Assembly: GCA_965153285.1 (NCBI GenBank)
Contig: OZ229111.1
Source: Podarcis tiliguerta
Lineage: Eukaryota
DNA: 64,000 nt
Reading direction: 5' to 3' (one strand)
Numbering within the stretch: the first letter of the stretch is position 1; every line of letters begins with the position of its first letter. The notes beneath the pieces were generated by a model, which had not been told where the DNA came from, ran no database searches, and worked only from the letters and a program-made list of their open reading frames with translations. A program made the translations under genes and the position numbers. This document shows positions 27,236-39,005 of the stretch, piece after piece.

Positions 27236-28180
27236 TCACTGAGGAAATTATACTTCTTGGCTGTCTGACTTTTGTTAAATAGTTGTATTATGTTCTGTAA
27301 ACTGAAGATTTACTGACTTGAGGAAGAATATGGTAGTTTACATCCTGACCTTAAACTATACTGACTGATACATAGCTGAGTTTTAGGCATAGGTTGTGTT
27401 AGATCTATTAGATCTGCTCTGTGTGTGTGTGTGCACAAACCCAAGCTTTGGGAAGTTTCTATAAATTAAAAGCATTGGGGTACTAGTAAATATTATCAAC
27501 AGCATGGAACTGAAATTGTAAAGATTTATATCTATCTCCAAAAGCAAAAAAAAAAAAAAAAGATCATTTTAACCCACATTAAGTCAAAAGAATTATATGT
27601 CACAAGTTGCTTCCTAGTACCATTTCAGTGCCTAACTAAACATGATGGTGTGCTAGAATATGGGTCATACTAAATGGGTACACAGCAGTGAGAGTAATTT
27701 AAATCAGAGAACTGGTGGGCAGAATGGGGTTACTTAATCTCCCCTTGTTCAAACTAATCCTTCTGAAACCTCCTCACCAAGCATGCTTTTCTGCTGGTGA
27801 AGCTTTCTTTCCAGAATCCTACTAGCACAGGAAAAAAGCAGCAGGAAGTATGCAAATTCTATCTGAAAATCAGACAACATGAATTAAAGTAAAGCTAAGT
27901 TTAATTAGCTTCAAATCAGGTGTGGCATCATTAAATATCCAGCGCTTCAAATGGCCTGCCCCAGTCATTCAAGTATAGAATGGCTCATCATTGTAACAGG
28001 GATTTAACACTAAAGAACTGAAATGATATATATGGAACCCAGATCAGGATTTCGCCAATACTTTTAAAGTGATAATATTTGTGTGAATAGGTTGGCCTTT
28101 GAAGAACAGGTTCCGGTAGCTAAGAAGTAAAAACATAAGCTAATTGCATTTCCTTAAAATAGCAATAATGAAGTATTTAC

Positions 28181-28312
28181 CTGGTTGAAAGTTTTGAAGA
28201 TGAATTCTTTGTATATGGCATCCCTTTCAGTCAGCTCGGACCATCCTGAAGCTTTGAGCTCGTGTAAAACTTGGTTCCTTTCTTCCGTAGTCAACCAGTG
28301 AAGCTGTGAAGA
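28181..28312 (-). CDS. PCBD2: PCBD2 exon 2
   Basis: 132 nt, TAG acceptor and GTAAAT donor; [44 protein letters not shown]. Confidence 0.97.
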
Positions 28313-28526
28313 CTATCAAGGTAGACAAAGAGGGGGGGAAATGGATTTCAAAACCATGGTTTCCAAGTTCTGCTCCTCTTCAAAAGCTGTAATGTGTTTT
28401 TTGTCATACTGGTTTGCGTAGTCACAGTGAAAATACTGCAGGACATTAACAGAAAATGTATTATATGAGGTCATTATTTTTGTATCAGGCAAACCACTTC
28501 CATCCACTTACATACAGCACCTAGGT

Positions 28527-28662
28527 CAGTGATGGCCAAACTTGGCCCTCCAGCTGTTTTGAGACTACAACTCCCATCATCCATAGCTAACGGGACCAGT
28601 GGTGAGGGATGATGGGAATTGTAGTCCCAAAACAGCTGGAGGGCCAAGTTTGGCCATCACTG
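28527..28662. mobile_element. Palindromic hAT-type MITE (136 bp)
   Basis: 56-bp arms with 2 mismatches; 8-bp TSD ACCTAGGT/ACCTAGGC. Confidence 0.92.
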
Positions 28663-29318
28663 ACCTAGGCCAAGGCCACGATGGCTCTGTGCTACCTCCA
28701 AGTTTGGATGCAGTATGCCTTTGACTACCAGCTGTTGAGGAACAAGTGAGGAAAGTGCTTTTGCACTCATGTCCTGCTAATAGGCTTCCCACGAGCACCT
28801 AGTTGGCCACTGTAAGAACGGGATGTTGGACTATGGCAGCTCCTTTGTCTGCCCATGTGTTGCTTTTAAATTAACATGTATCTTAGGTGGAATCCTAACC
28901 ACTCTCAACTAGGGAGTAAGTGCCATTGAATATAGCTTCCAAATAAACATATGCTATTAGTGTTCTAAAGCTGTGTGCATGATCCTGCCAAAGTTAAACA
29001 CTTTTTAAATCCCACTTGTCTGAATGGAATATATAAGCATATGCTTAACTCTCTCACTCTAAAAACAATACAACTCAACAGAGGTGTTTTAAATTATACA
29101 GAATTAAGTATGTAGTCAAAAGTGTTTTTGTCTTACAGTATTATTATAATTGTCTCTGAGTGATCTGAAAACTATCCAACATCAAAAGTCCTGAAGTAAC
29201 CGAAGAATCCTGTGAGTTCAACTATTTTCATTCATTCTGAAATAGCCATCTTTGAAAAGTTAGTAACCATGTACGTCAATGACATATGGCAAAGATGGTT
29301 ACACATATTGACTTATAG

Positions 29319-29454
29319 CAGGCATAGGCAAACTCGGCCCTCCAGATGTTTTGGGACTACAACTCCTATCATCCCTAGCTAACAGGACCAGTGGTCAGGG
29401 ATGATGGGAGTTGTAGTCCCAAAACATCTGGAGGGCAGAGTTTGCCTATGCCTG
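29319..29454. mobile_element. Palindromic hAT-type MITE (136 bp), related subfamily
   Basis: 58-bp arms with 2 mismatches; perfect 8-bp TSD ACTTATAG. Confidence 0.93.
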
Positions 29455-30095
29455 ACTTATAGTCAACTAAATTCTGCTCAGAGTACACCCACTGAAATTA
29501 ATACATTTTAGTCATACCCATTCAAGTCAGTGGGTGTATTCTGAGAATGACCGACACTGAATACAAACCAACGAGCTATTTTTAAATGTTCCGAGAGATG
29601 CAAGTGACAGCTGCCCATAGAACTTAATAGATATATGCTAGATTTTAATATATCTGGTGCTGGGCATTGGTGTGTTCACTCCACACAAACATCAAAACCA
29701 CCCAGTGAGCATGTTCTGTGCCCACAGAATGCTGAGTGAATGGAAAACTGAGTGGAAGTGGAATGGAACAGTGAAGATCTTGAACAGAAGCATCCCACAC
29801 GGTTAAACTGGGGCTGAAAAATGTTCTGATATCCAAATTCAGAATTTTCTCAGAATATGCATTGCTTCTGAGTAGACACAGTTGGGGTTGCACTGTAAGC
29901 CTCCAGTTTTATACCCATGTACCTGTAAGTCCGGATGAAGTAAATGAGACTTACTTCTGAGAAGACATGTATGAGATCACACTGTAAACTTCAAAATTCA
30001 ACCTCATACTCATATATATTTCAACCATGGACAATTTTAAAAAATGAATCCTTTATCTGAGCAGCTACATTTGCTGCGTGAAAATTTAAGCTTAC

Positions 30096-30109
30096 CCACT
30101 AGATGGCAC
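30096..30109 (+). promoter_or_regulatory. CTCF core motif in PCBD2 intron 1
   Basis: CCACTAGATGGCAC matches the CTCF core CCASYAGRKGGCRS. Confidence 0.6.
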
Positions 30110-31847
30110 TGTATTATTTCAAGTCTCAATAGTGATGCACGATAATATAAAACAAAACAGGCTGTTAAAATTTTCCTTTATTACAAAACGTTTTGTAGGC
30201 ACCAAAATAAATGTAAACAAATAAGTACGAAACAAATAAGTATGAAACATTACTTAATATGAAAGAGGGGAAAAAATTCCTCACAAAACAAATATCCTAT
30301 AGTATTGTATTTCTCATGTCCTTAAAATATTCAGAGTCCAATATGCATGTATGTATGTGTTTGTTTATTTATTGCAGTTAGGATTACTTTTGAAGTTTTA
30401 GAAATCTCTTACTAAACCTTTAAAAATTAATCAAATTAACTGCATATTTTAATCAAATTATTTACATATTTTAATCAAATTAACTGCATATTAAATGGTT
30501 GGTAGTAATTACAAATTTTGGAAGCCTAATGATGGGTGACAAATTTTATATCTAGCCTGTTAAGAATTACTATTCAAATTTAATGTAAAAGGATTTGTTG
30601 ATGAGATAGTTATTCTCAAAATATAAATTATCTTTAGGGGGAAGAATGCTTCTTTTTTATTTTGGAATCTTAATTGATATTTAATATAGTTAGGCTACAA
30701 TCCACTTACATGAAAGTAAGCCCCGTTTAACTTAATGGGGCTTACATCTATGTAGACATGCATAAGATTGCAGTGATAGTATATTTTTCAAGCTTGTGTT
30801 TTGTCTCTGTGTGTATATTTTTGGTATAAAAATAATAAAAAAATTCTCACTTCCAATTACACAGGGGTTTTTTTTAAAAAAAAACTGAACAATACTTTAA
30901 TATAATAAGTACATGTGAAGAATATGAGGATAAACAGGGCAGGGGGATCATGATTTTAAGCCTCAGACAGAGGTTTCAAATGCTTTCATGGAATCTGAAC
31001 CAAAGGGCACTGTTATCAAATAACTGGTCATCCTTCCATTCTTTTCTGACATCACTCTGATACCTGAATTACTGATATAGGAGGTCCGGTGGATGTCATT
31101 AGCTTTCCCAGATTATTTAAAATCGATCACTTTTATTTGCTGACCATCTTTAAAGCAGTTATGACGTAGGATGCAATGACAAGATCACGGGGTCAAGCAT
31201 AGCTGTTTCAGTTGCTTGTCCAACACTGACAATTCAATGTCCACATACTGTTTGCTTTTGATGTTGCAAAATTCCATGTCCTTCTTCAGCAGTTTTGCAC
31301 AGGAAAACCATGTCTGGGTAGTTTGTCACACTTGTCTATTTCAAAGTGTGTCCTATGTATTTGTGGAAGCCAGCAGTTAATTTAGATCTCTAACTCGTCT
31401 GTGACATAGAAAGGCAGTATTTTTTTCTTTGTACAAAGAAGGAACCTGAGGTACCAGTCTGTCACATGACTCACTTAAGCACACAGGACACACTGGCAGT
31501 CAAGGCTAAATCCCAGGTCTTGAATTTGTACACCTATGAATATTTTACTACAAAGTGTAACCCAAACCAACACTGGGTAGTAGCTGAATACGCTCTACTC
31601 AGAGGAGACCCAATGAAATTAATGAACCTAACCTTTTCATGCTCATTATTTTCAAGGGGTTGAATCTAAGTAGGACTAACATTGTAAAGTTGAAAAAGAC
31701 CACAAGGATACAACCTACTGCATTTTTTACTCAGACCCAACTTTCTTCTAACCAATTCCAAATCCGAGTTTACTAATTAAAACACTCAAATGACTCTTGC
31801 AATAAAACGATTTTTTAAAGAAAATTAAAAGTGGTTGTTATTTTTGA

Positions 31848-32052
31848 CAGTGGCGCCCTTCCTGTGGAACTCCTTTCCATCAGATCTCAAGGAGATAAAG
31901 AACTACACAATTTTTAGAAGACATCTGAAGGCAGTCCTGCATCAGGAAGTTTTATTATGTTTTCATTATTTCATTATATTAATGTTTTATTATGTTTTTA
32001 TATGTGCTTGAAGCTGCCCAAAGTGGCAGGGGAAACCCAGCCAGATGAGCAG
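31848..32052 (+). mobile_element. L2/CR1-clade LINE 3' end
   Basis: Same family as 57070-57398 (CAGTGGCGCCC..CTGTGGAAC..TTTAGAAGACATCTGAAGGCAG..GGAAACCCAGCCAGATG). Confidence 0.75.
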
Positions 32053-34199
32053 AATGTTGTGAGCCACTCTGCGTACAATTTTGTGGATTGTGGTATGGAA
32101 AGAAATTGACGATGATCACAAGTACTTGCTAACAGAAATCTACTTTGATCATAAAGAAAGCTGAAGAGGGATTAAAACCACTGGAATGCTCAGGCTTCTT
32201 AGGGCTGCATGGCTCCCTCATATAAACCCAGAGGTCCGTTGCCTACCCCCCAAACTGGCAATATTTAATTGTAGTGGATTTACTCATACTGAATTTACAT
32301 TCTCAAATGAAGCTTTCAAGGCTCTGTGGAAGATCTACATAGACAAAAATCAGCTGAAACTGGAGAGGCTGATCCCAAACCCACATCTCTCAGGTCCTAT
32401 TTGTAGGCTGCATATATCCCGAACTACATATTTTTATTAGCTAATAAAATTCTCTGTCTAGTTGTTACATTATGTACTCAGTATATATTTAAGGCATGTT
32501 ATGCAAAATAACCATACACAAATTTGTGTTTACCAACAATTGCCCCCACATTTTCAAGTCCCACTTGCCAAAAATTATGGCCAGAAACATATTTGGTGTC
32601 CCCTCACTGCCATTTAAACAAATGCTGAAGTTTTCAGACTGCTGAATTTTGCACCATGTATAATTGTGCTGAACTCACATCCCCATAAATTACTCCGTCA
32701 AGGAGGGAAATTTGTACCAAAGAGAACTGGCAGAAAGAATATGCAATTGATTTCTCTGCTTCTTATGCAAGTACAAGTCAATATTATTCAGACACAAATC
32801 CTTAATTATATGCCTGATTTCATCTATTCTATTCTTCTGTTTCAATTACTACTGCAAATGGTAATCTCTCCGTATTTTGAGGCACCAGGCATTTCCCTAG
32901 AGCAAAATAAATGTTAAAAGGTGCTTCTACAGTCACAGGTGTCTCTGCTCACCCATGAAGCGCTCTGGGTGAATTTAAGTCAGTCACTTACTCAGCCTAA
33001 GTACCTAAGGCTATAATAATAAAATGGGGAAATATATTTTTTCCCATTCTGAGCTCAGTGGAGGAAAGGTGAGATACAAACGAGTTCAATTTTGAGGAAT
33101 TCTTACCTTTAAACATAATCTACCATGCATTGTGTAATAGCAATAGGTTCCTAGTGTTTCTTATTTCATTATACTATATCTCCGCATTGCTCAAAATGTG
33201 CCTTAACTTTATCTCTTATTATTCAGTACTGATGAGCCTGCAACTAACATACAGGCTCCCTGCCAATTTAAATAAGTTTGCCATTTGTACCTCTGAATTC
33301 AAGGCTGTGAGCTTTACCTCTGAGTAAACAAACAGGCACCAGGCCACTAATATGTTGCATTGGTGAAAATTCCCTGCTTCTTCCTACAGAAGGGGTGACT
33401 GCAGAGCTGACTGATACATATATGTTCTCTGCTTACTGTGTTTAGCATCCAGTGTTCACAATAATGTGTGGAAAGAACCCGTTACAAAAAAAATTATTTT
33501 CAGTTATATTGGCTATTTTCTAAGCACCTGCATTTATTGTGATTTGTTTCAAGAGTGATGATATGAAGTTGAATCGACCAACTGTTATGCTATATTTTTC
33601 CAGTGTAAAATTATTGGGGGGGGGGGTATTGAGCAGGTTCATTGCACAAGGTCAATGTTACCAATAACAAACTTAGTTGGTCTCTAAGGAGCTACTGGAA
33701 GGAATTTTTCCCCCCAACACGGCTACCTACCTGTAACATGAATTTACAGATAAGAGTATGTGACCGTATCCTACCCAAAAGAGGTGAAAGTCTGGAAGTG
33801 CCCCATGCAATGCAGCCTAGTTGTCATTAAGGTGGTTATGGTAAACCTGTGTCTGAGCTGCACGATTTCAGGCAGGAGGTGGACTTGAACTCACTTGGAA
33901 CACAGAAAAGGAAACGTCAGTGTGTCAAGACTTCTAAGCCTGCTGTTCTCCCTGACCTGCTAGCTTGCGGTGCACAGAAATGCTTCGCCATCCCCCGAAA
34001 ACAGGGGCGCATTCCTCCGCCTGAATCCCCCTCCCAAATCTTAAATGGCACAATCCAGACACTGGGTTTTGCACCTCAGTGAGCATCTGGTAGGAAACGT
34101 TACCAAACACAGGAGACCTATTTGAATGCACTTTCTCTCCAAAGGAAGGCTCGTCCTTTCCGAATCCCAAACGTGAGAAGAGCAAAAGTTGGCGCAAGC

Positions 34200-34725
34200 C
34201 TCCCTCGCTGGGTCGGAAAGTGGGGCGCTGGAAAGCCCAAGGAAGCACTCTCAATGCTTGCCGGAGGAATCCCACTATGAATGAATGCACGGGCGGATAT
34301 AAACCAAAAGGTCCCCGGGACCCACTTTGCGCGGGAGGGGAGGCCGAGAAGTCGGGGGTGGGGTAAGAAACGAAACCCAACGCCGCCCAAGTGACGCTGT
34401 TGCCGGGGTGGGGAGAGTCCCTCCGAGGTCCCCTTCCCTTCTTCGCCGCCCAACCTCTCACCATAGCGGAGCACTCGCTTCTGCCACTGCCTCGTCCTGC
34501 CACGGACGTCAGTCCCGCTCGCAGCCACCTCAGGCCGGCCCAGGCGCCGCCTCGCATGGCTCCGGCGTGGCTTCTCCGCCCGCCCACCTGGCACCTCCCA
34601 CGGGGAAGCGCATGCGCCGCCCACTCCTCCCACCACTCCCCGGCTGAGGGAGAGGCGGGATGGAAGGCAAACCTCCTGCGCGAAAGGCCGTCGCTCTCCC
34701 CGCCCACTTTACTTTCATTATGCCC
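34200..34725 (-). promoter_or_regulatory. PCBD2 CpG-island promoter with NRF1 palindrome (GCGCATGCGC, 34608-34617) and GC boxes
   Basis: High GC and CpG around exon 1; CCGCCC boxes; perfect NRF1 core. Confidence 0.8.
34462..34557 (-). CDS. PCBD2: PCBD2 exon 1 (leader peptide plus second Met)
   Basis: GCCATG start; MRGGAWAGLRWLRAGLTSVAGRGSGRSECSAM then GTGAG donor; phase 0 joins exon 2; total CDS 405 nt = 134 aa + stop. Confidence 0.88.
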
Positions 34726-34727
34726 TG

Positions 34728-34865
34728 CAGCCTTTCTCAACCTGTGCGTCCTCAGATGTTGTTGAACTACAACTCCCATCACCCCTAGCTAGCAAGGTCA
34801 GAGCTGAGGGATGACGGGAGTTGTAGTCCAACATCATCTGGAGACCCCCAGTTTGAGAACCGCTG
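34728..34865. mobile_element. Older palindromic hAT-type MITE in the PCBD2 promoter
   Basis: CAG...CTG ends, CAGATGTTGTTGAACTACAACTCCCATCA arm related to the 28527 and 29319 copies; no TSD preserved. Confidence 0.8.
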
Positions 34866-35561
34866 CAAGCGCATCTAGCCCCTTGGCCTTCTTCTGCACT
34901 GCTGCTACCCCAGCCTGAGTATGGGAGGAGTGGGGGTCGCTTGGAGACCACCTGGCCTGCGCTCTCACAGCATAACAATTTTTAGAAGAGCAAAAGTGTT
35001 GGGGGGAAATCCCCTGCCAGAGGTTCTAGCCACCGGCCGTGTGTCCTTTGTGAGGCGCAGAAAACAGCCGCCTGATGTTTTCCCACAACAGCTACCACCT
35101 TTCTCAGCACCTGGCTCTGTCCCTATTGCCTAGGGCTTTCTTGAAAGAAAAACAGACTTTCCTATTGTACTTGCCCATCTGCATTACCCTCAGCAGACAA
35201 CTCACAAGTTTACCTGACCACAGAGAAGGAAGTCTACTGCCACTGCAGAAGGATTGCAGGGCAATAGCTGTGCCACAAATGCATGGCTAATTCTCCCATC
35301 TGCACATTTGAAGGATGCAAAGGATCTAGCAACTTGTACACCCAACTCCCAGCTTGATGAATGCACCTGAACTTCAGCCAATGTGGACAGAAGACAGCGA
35401 CCACAGCCATCTCCAGAGCTGAATGTAACCTACAGTTGCTTCGTTAGATATTTCTTGGTTTCTGGTGCCTTGTGTGATTAAAGCATTTTAGTATTCTACA
35501 CTGAAAACCATGTCAAGACCACCACTGAAGATGTCCAAAAGGATATTTGGATGTTAATGGA

Positions 35562-35567
35562 TTTATT
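35562..35567 (-). terminator. Candidate TXNDC15 polyadenylation signal (AATAAA); a second at 35814-35819
   Basis: TTTATT on + about 1 kb downstream of the stop codon. Confidence 0.5.
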
Positions 35568-36548
35568 ATGATACAGAAATCTCTAAAATGCAATAGAACT
35601 TTGGTGCTGCTGTGGTACAGAATGTGGAATGCAGCTAGCTTCATTGGATTGTATTGGCTACCCTTAAAAAGTCATACTATTTTATATAACACATCAAAAT
35701 AAGAACAGTAACATGAACAAGCAGAGATACACCCTTTCAAGGTTAACTAAGTTCACAATAGTGCTTAAATTACATTAACATTGCAAAACATGGACTATGG
35801 AGTAAAAAGTATGTTTATTATGATGTATGTGTATTCCTCTGTGTTTTCTGACTCTTTAGAACGCTGAAACATATTATTCCCAGTTCAGCTGTAAATAAAT
35901 GTCAAGTTCATGTATCAGTAGTCAGTGCAACCTTACTAAAAGCTCTGACATGTTAGCAGCAGCACTGTCATCCAAATACTGTGATCATAGCACCACATGT
36001 GTGACAGCATCAAATTGACAAGAGAGCCAATTCTTACAAATTCCCTACTTAATTTTTTTAACGTGTGTAGGAAAAACATGGGGGTCAATTGTTGCAGCTC
36101 CAAATCTAGCATAGTTAAAATGACCATCTGGGGTGGCTCAGGAAACTTTCTAAAAGCTGCATCTTACACCTACACCTGATCTTTTCCTATTAGAACTGTC
36201 TGCATCTGCAACAGTTTTCACAGATGCATAACATCCTTGTTTTTTAAACATGAAGCAGCAATCCATTTGCATTACTAGAGATCATCAGATGTCCCCCAAA
36301 AGACACCACACAGTTCCTAAAACTTAAGCATATCAGATAGGTATAGATATTTTTGTCATTCCCTCATAACAACTTTATGAACAATTTCCAGCTGTGCATG
36401 TTCATATTTGTATCACAAGGAAGTTCTGCTGAGTGATGTATGATTACCAATACAGGGTCCTGCCTAACAAGAAATCACAAAGAGTCGATCCACCATTTAA
36501 TTTAATGTTGTTTAGCTTGTTCTGAAAACAAAGTTCTCAGTTCACATA

Positions 36549-36745
36549 TCATTCCTGATGTTCCTGATCTTGACCAGGTATTAACCACCGGATGCTCTCT
36601 GTCCGGACAGTGGCATACATGATAAAGCTGATGAGGAACAATAAAGAAAATAAGAGAAGCCAGTCTATGCCTCTAGTCAGTGTGCTAGGCAGGGGACCAT
36701 CCTGATCTTCCTCAGTTACCACCACATCAGACTTGGGCTCTATTC
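36549..36745 (-). CDS. TXNDC15: TXNDC15 exon 5 (transmembrane helix, stop)
   Basis: (G)[67 protein letters not shown]; TTTTTTCAG acceptor, phase 1. Confidence 0.96.
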
Positions 36746-37958
36746 CTGAAAAAAAGTATTCATTATTAGTGTGGTGCAAGATTGAACAGAATCAACATTA
36801 AGTATAGATATTTGCACAAAGCACCTACAATTTTAAATTTAGGACTAAGCATTTTAAACTACCAGCTGCTAGAACATCATCAGAGCTCTGTAATTTTTGA
36901 ATTATAGCCTCCTGGTGCATTAAATAGGTATTTCTAACTGTAACGTAAAATATGACTCTCTCAAATTTAAGTATTTTAGTGTCATTTGGAAACAGCTCTA
37001 ATTCCACCTCTCCCTGAAAATGTACCAGTACAAAAGCTTACAACTCCTATTTTAATAACAGCTTCTTAATTAGCCAACTACAATTTCAGTTGTATGTTCT
37101 TCAGCTTCCCAGGGGAAAAGCAACAGAAACTCGACTGACAAGTTCCCTTTTATGCCCAGATAAAGATCTGTAAACACACCGGTAGAGGGAAAGGTTTATT
37201 GCTTTCTCTCGTGAGTCAGTGGTAACCAGAGCTTGCTTATGTAAGTCTATTTCAATCTTCATTTTCTTTATTATTCGCTGCAGCATGTAAGGAAGAAATC
37301 AAAGTGGATCCCAACTTACTATCCCATCTTCTGTAGAACACGTAAGACATTGGGTTTCCTCCACTACTAACATAGGTAGGAAGAGATAACTGTTGAAACA
37401 GTTACCCTTCTCCTCTTGCATTCTCCCCATGTATCACCTACATTCTCCAGGCGATACCTATTACATTCCCAATTCTTGCCACCACACAGGATCTGAAGGA
37501 TTCTTAATCCACCTTACCAAATAGGACAGGATTTGGCTGTAATAACATACTCAGGTGCTGAGTTGATGGCTACTCAGAGCTACTGAGAAAGAAAAGGGAG
37601 AGATTGGAATGCTTGGGGCTGCTCCAATCATTGGAAAAAAGAGTGGAAAATGGGAGAGGGCTGGAGAGAGAGAACGGAACAGAATGTCCCCTGAAACGAA
37701 GTATGGCCGGCTTGCTGTAACACCAAACAGAAGCACTCCAGATCACATTTTATTGCAGGTCCCACAGGCACATTTTTACTCAGAAGCATCCCTACTGTTC
37801 TTAATAGTCCTTAGTCCCAAATCAATGTACCTGGGACATGGAGCCTTATTCTGTATTGCCCCAAAATCTTACACCTTGATTAAGGCTGAAATGTTTCCCA
37901 AAACTTTAACTCAATGTTCCTGGAGATCATACAATAAACATCTTAAAACTAGCTGTAT

Positions 37959-38053
37959 GACAGTGGAAGACAGGAGTGCCTGGCGTGCTCTGGTCCATGG
38001 GGTCACGAAGAGTCGGACACGACTAAACGACTAAACAACAACAACAACAACAA
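37959..38053 (+). mobile_element. RTE/Bov-B LINE 3' end with (CAA)n tail
   Basis: GCCTGGCGTGCTCTGGTCCATGGGGTCACGAAGAGTCGGACACGACTAAACGACTAAACAAC(AAC)n. Confidence 0.85.
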
Positions 38054-38219
38054 GTTGGAAGTTGGAATCACAAACAGGGAGAGTACTTTTGGACTTGAGT
38101 CCTCCATGCAGGCTTCCCATAGGCATCTGGTTGATCACTGTAAAACGAGGATGCTGGACTAGATGGGCCTTTGGACTTATCCAGCAAGGCATGTGGCTAT
38201 CAGACTACAAAATCTGTTA

Positions 38220-38860
38220 AATGTCTTGGTTACATCCTGTTTGGACTACTGTAACAAACGCCATATGGGTCTGCCTTTGAAAAGTGTTCAGAAGCTTCAT
38301 CTGGCCCAGAATGCTGCAACCAGACTGCTGACTGGTGCTGGTTCCAGGGAGCATGTTACCCCACTGTTAAAACAACTTTACTAGCTACTGGTTTGTTCCC
38401 AGTCACAATTCAAAGTGATGGCTATAAAGCCCTATATGGCTTGGGCTCAGGCTACCCGAAATATCCCTGTATGAACCTGCCTGGGTTCTGAGACCCTTGG
38501 GTCAGTACCTCCTCTTGGTCCCATCAACATCAGAAGCATGACTGGTGGTAGCATGAGTGAGTATTTTCTGTGACTCTTCCCAAATTGTGGAATTCCCTCC
38601 TAAGAGAGATTAGATTGGCTTCCTGTTCAGACAAACCTTTGGAAACTAAGGTACAGATGATGCTAATCACTGGGCTGCTGTCAGGACAAATTGTAGTTTA
38701 ATTGTTGGTTTTAAATACGCTGAAGTGCATTTTAATTATTGTTGTCAATGAGTTTCTTTTTATTATTCTGTATTGTATAACTGATGTTTTTAAATGCTGT
38801 AAGCTGCCTTGAATCCCAACTTGGGAGGAAGGTGGAATATAAATATATTAAATAAATGAG
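38220..38860 (+). mobile_element. L2-type LINE ORF2 3' fragment (decayed)
   Basis: LVTSCLDYCNKRHMGLPLKSVQKLHLAQNAATRLLTG, then stops; AT-rich tail ends just before the TXNDC15 exon 4 donor. Confidence 0.75.
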
Positions 38861-38874
38861 TAAATAAATCCTAC

Positions 38875-39005
38875 CTGTCTGATTAAAAATGAAAGATTTC
38901 AGTGTTTCCAGGGTTCGATCTGTATGGTTAAATCTTGCCATTGGCTTAGCTCCTTGAAAAAGGAGGATGTTGGGAACAGCCACAGTTCCAAACCTGGTTG
39001 ATAAA
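38875..39005 (-). CDS. TXNDC15: TXNDC15 exon 4
   Basis: 131 nt; (S)[43 protein letters not shown](G); thioredoxin cis-Pro motif VP; AG/GT flanked. Confidence 0.96.

Noticed and set aside
4455-28180. Mitochondrial insertion (NUMT) in the PCBD2 intron, as I recall for human
   Set aside because: No mitochondrial-like gene sequence recognised here.
30950-31450. Coding-looking minus-strand stretch (LLKKDMEFCNIKSKQYVDIELSVLDKQLKQL) in PCBD2 intron 1
   Set aside because: Only about 46 open codons between stops, no convincing splice sites and no homologue I recognise; a TBLASTX search would settle it.
33934-34782. 282-aa ORF and overlapping ORFs
   Set aside because: CpG-island artefact; it begins inside a MITE and only 34462-34557 (PCBD2 exon 1) is supported by splicing and homology.
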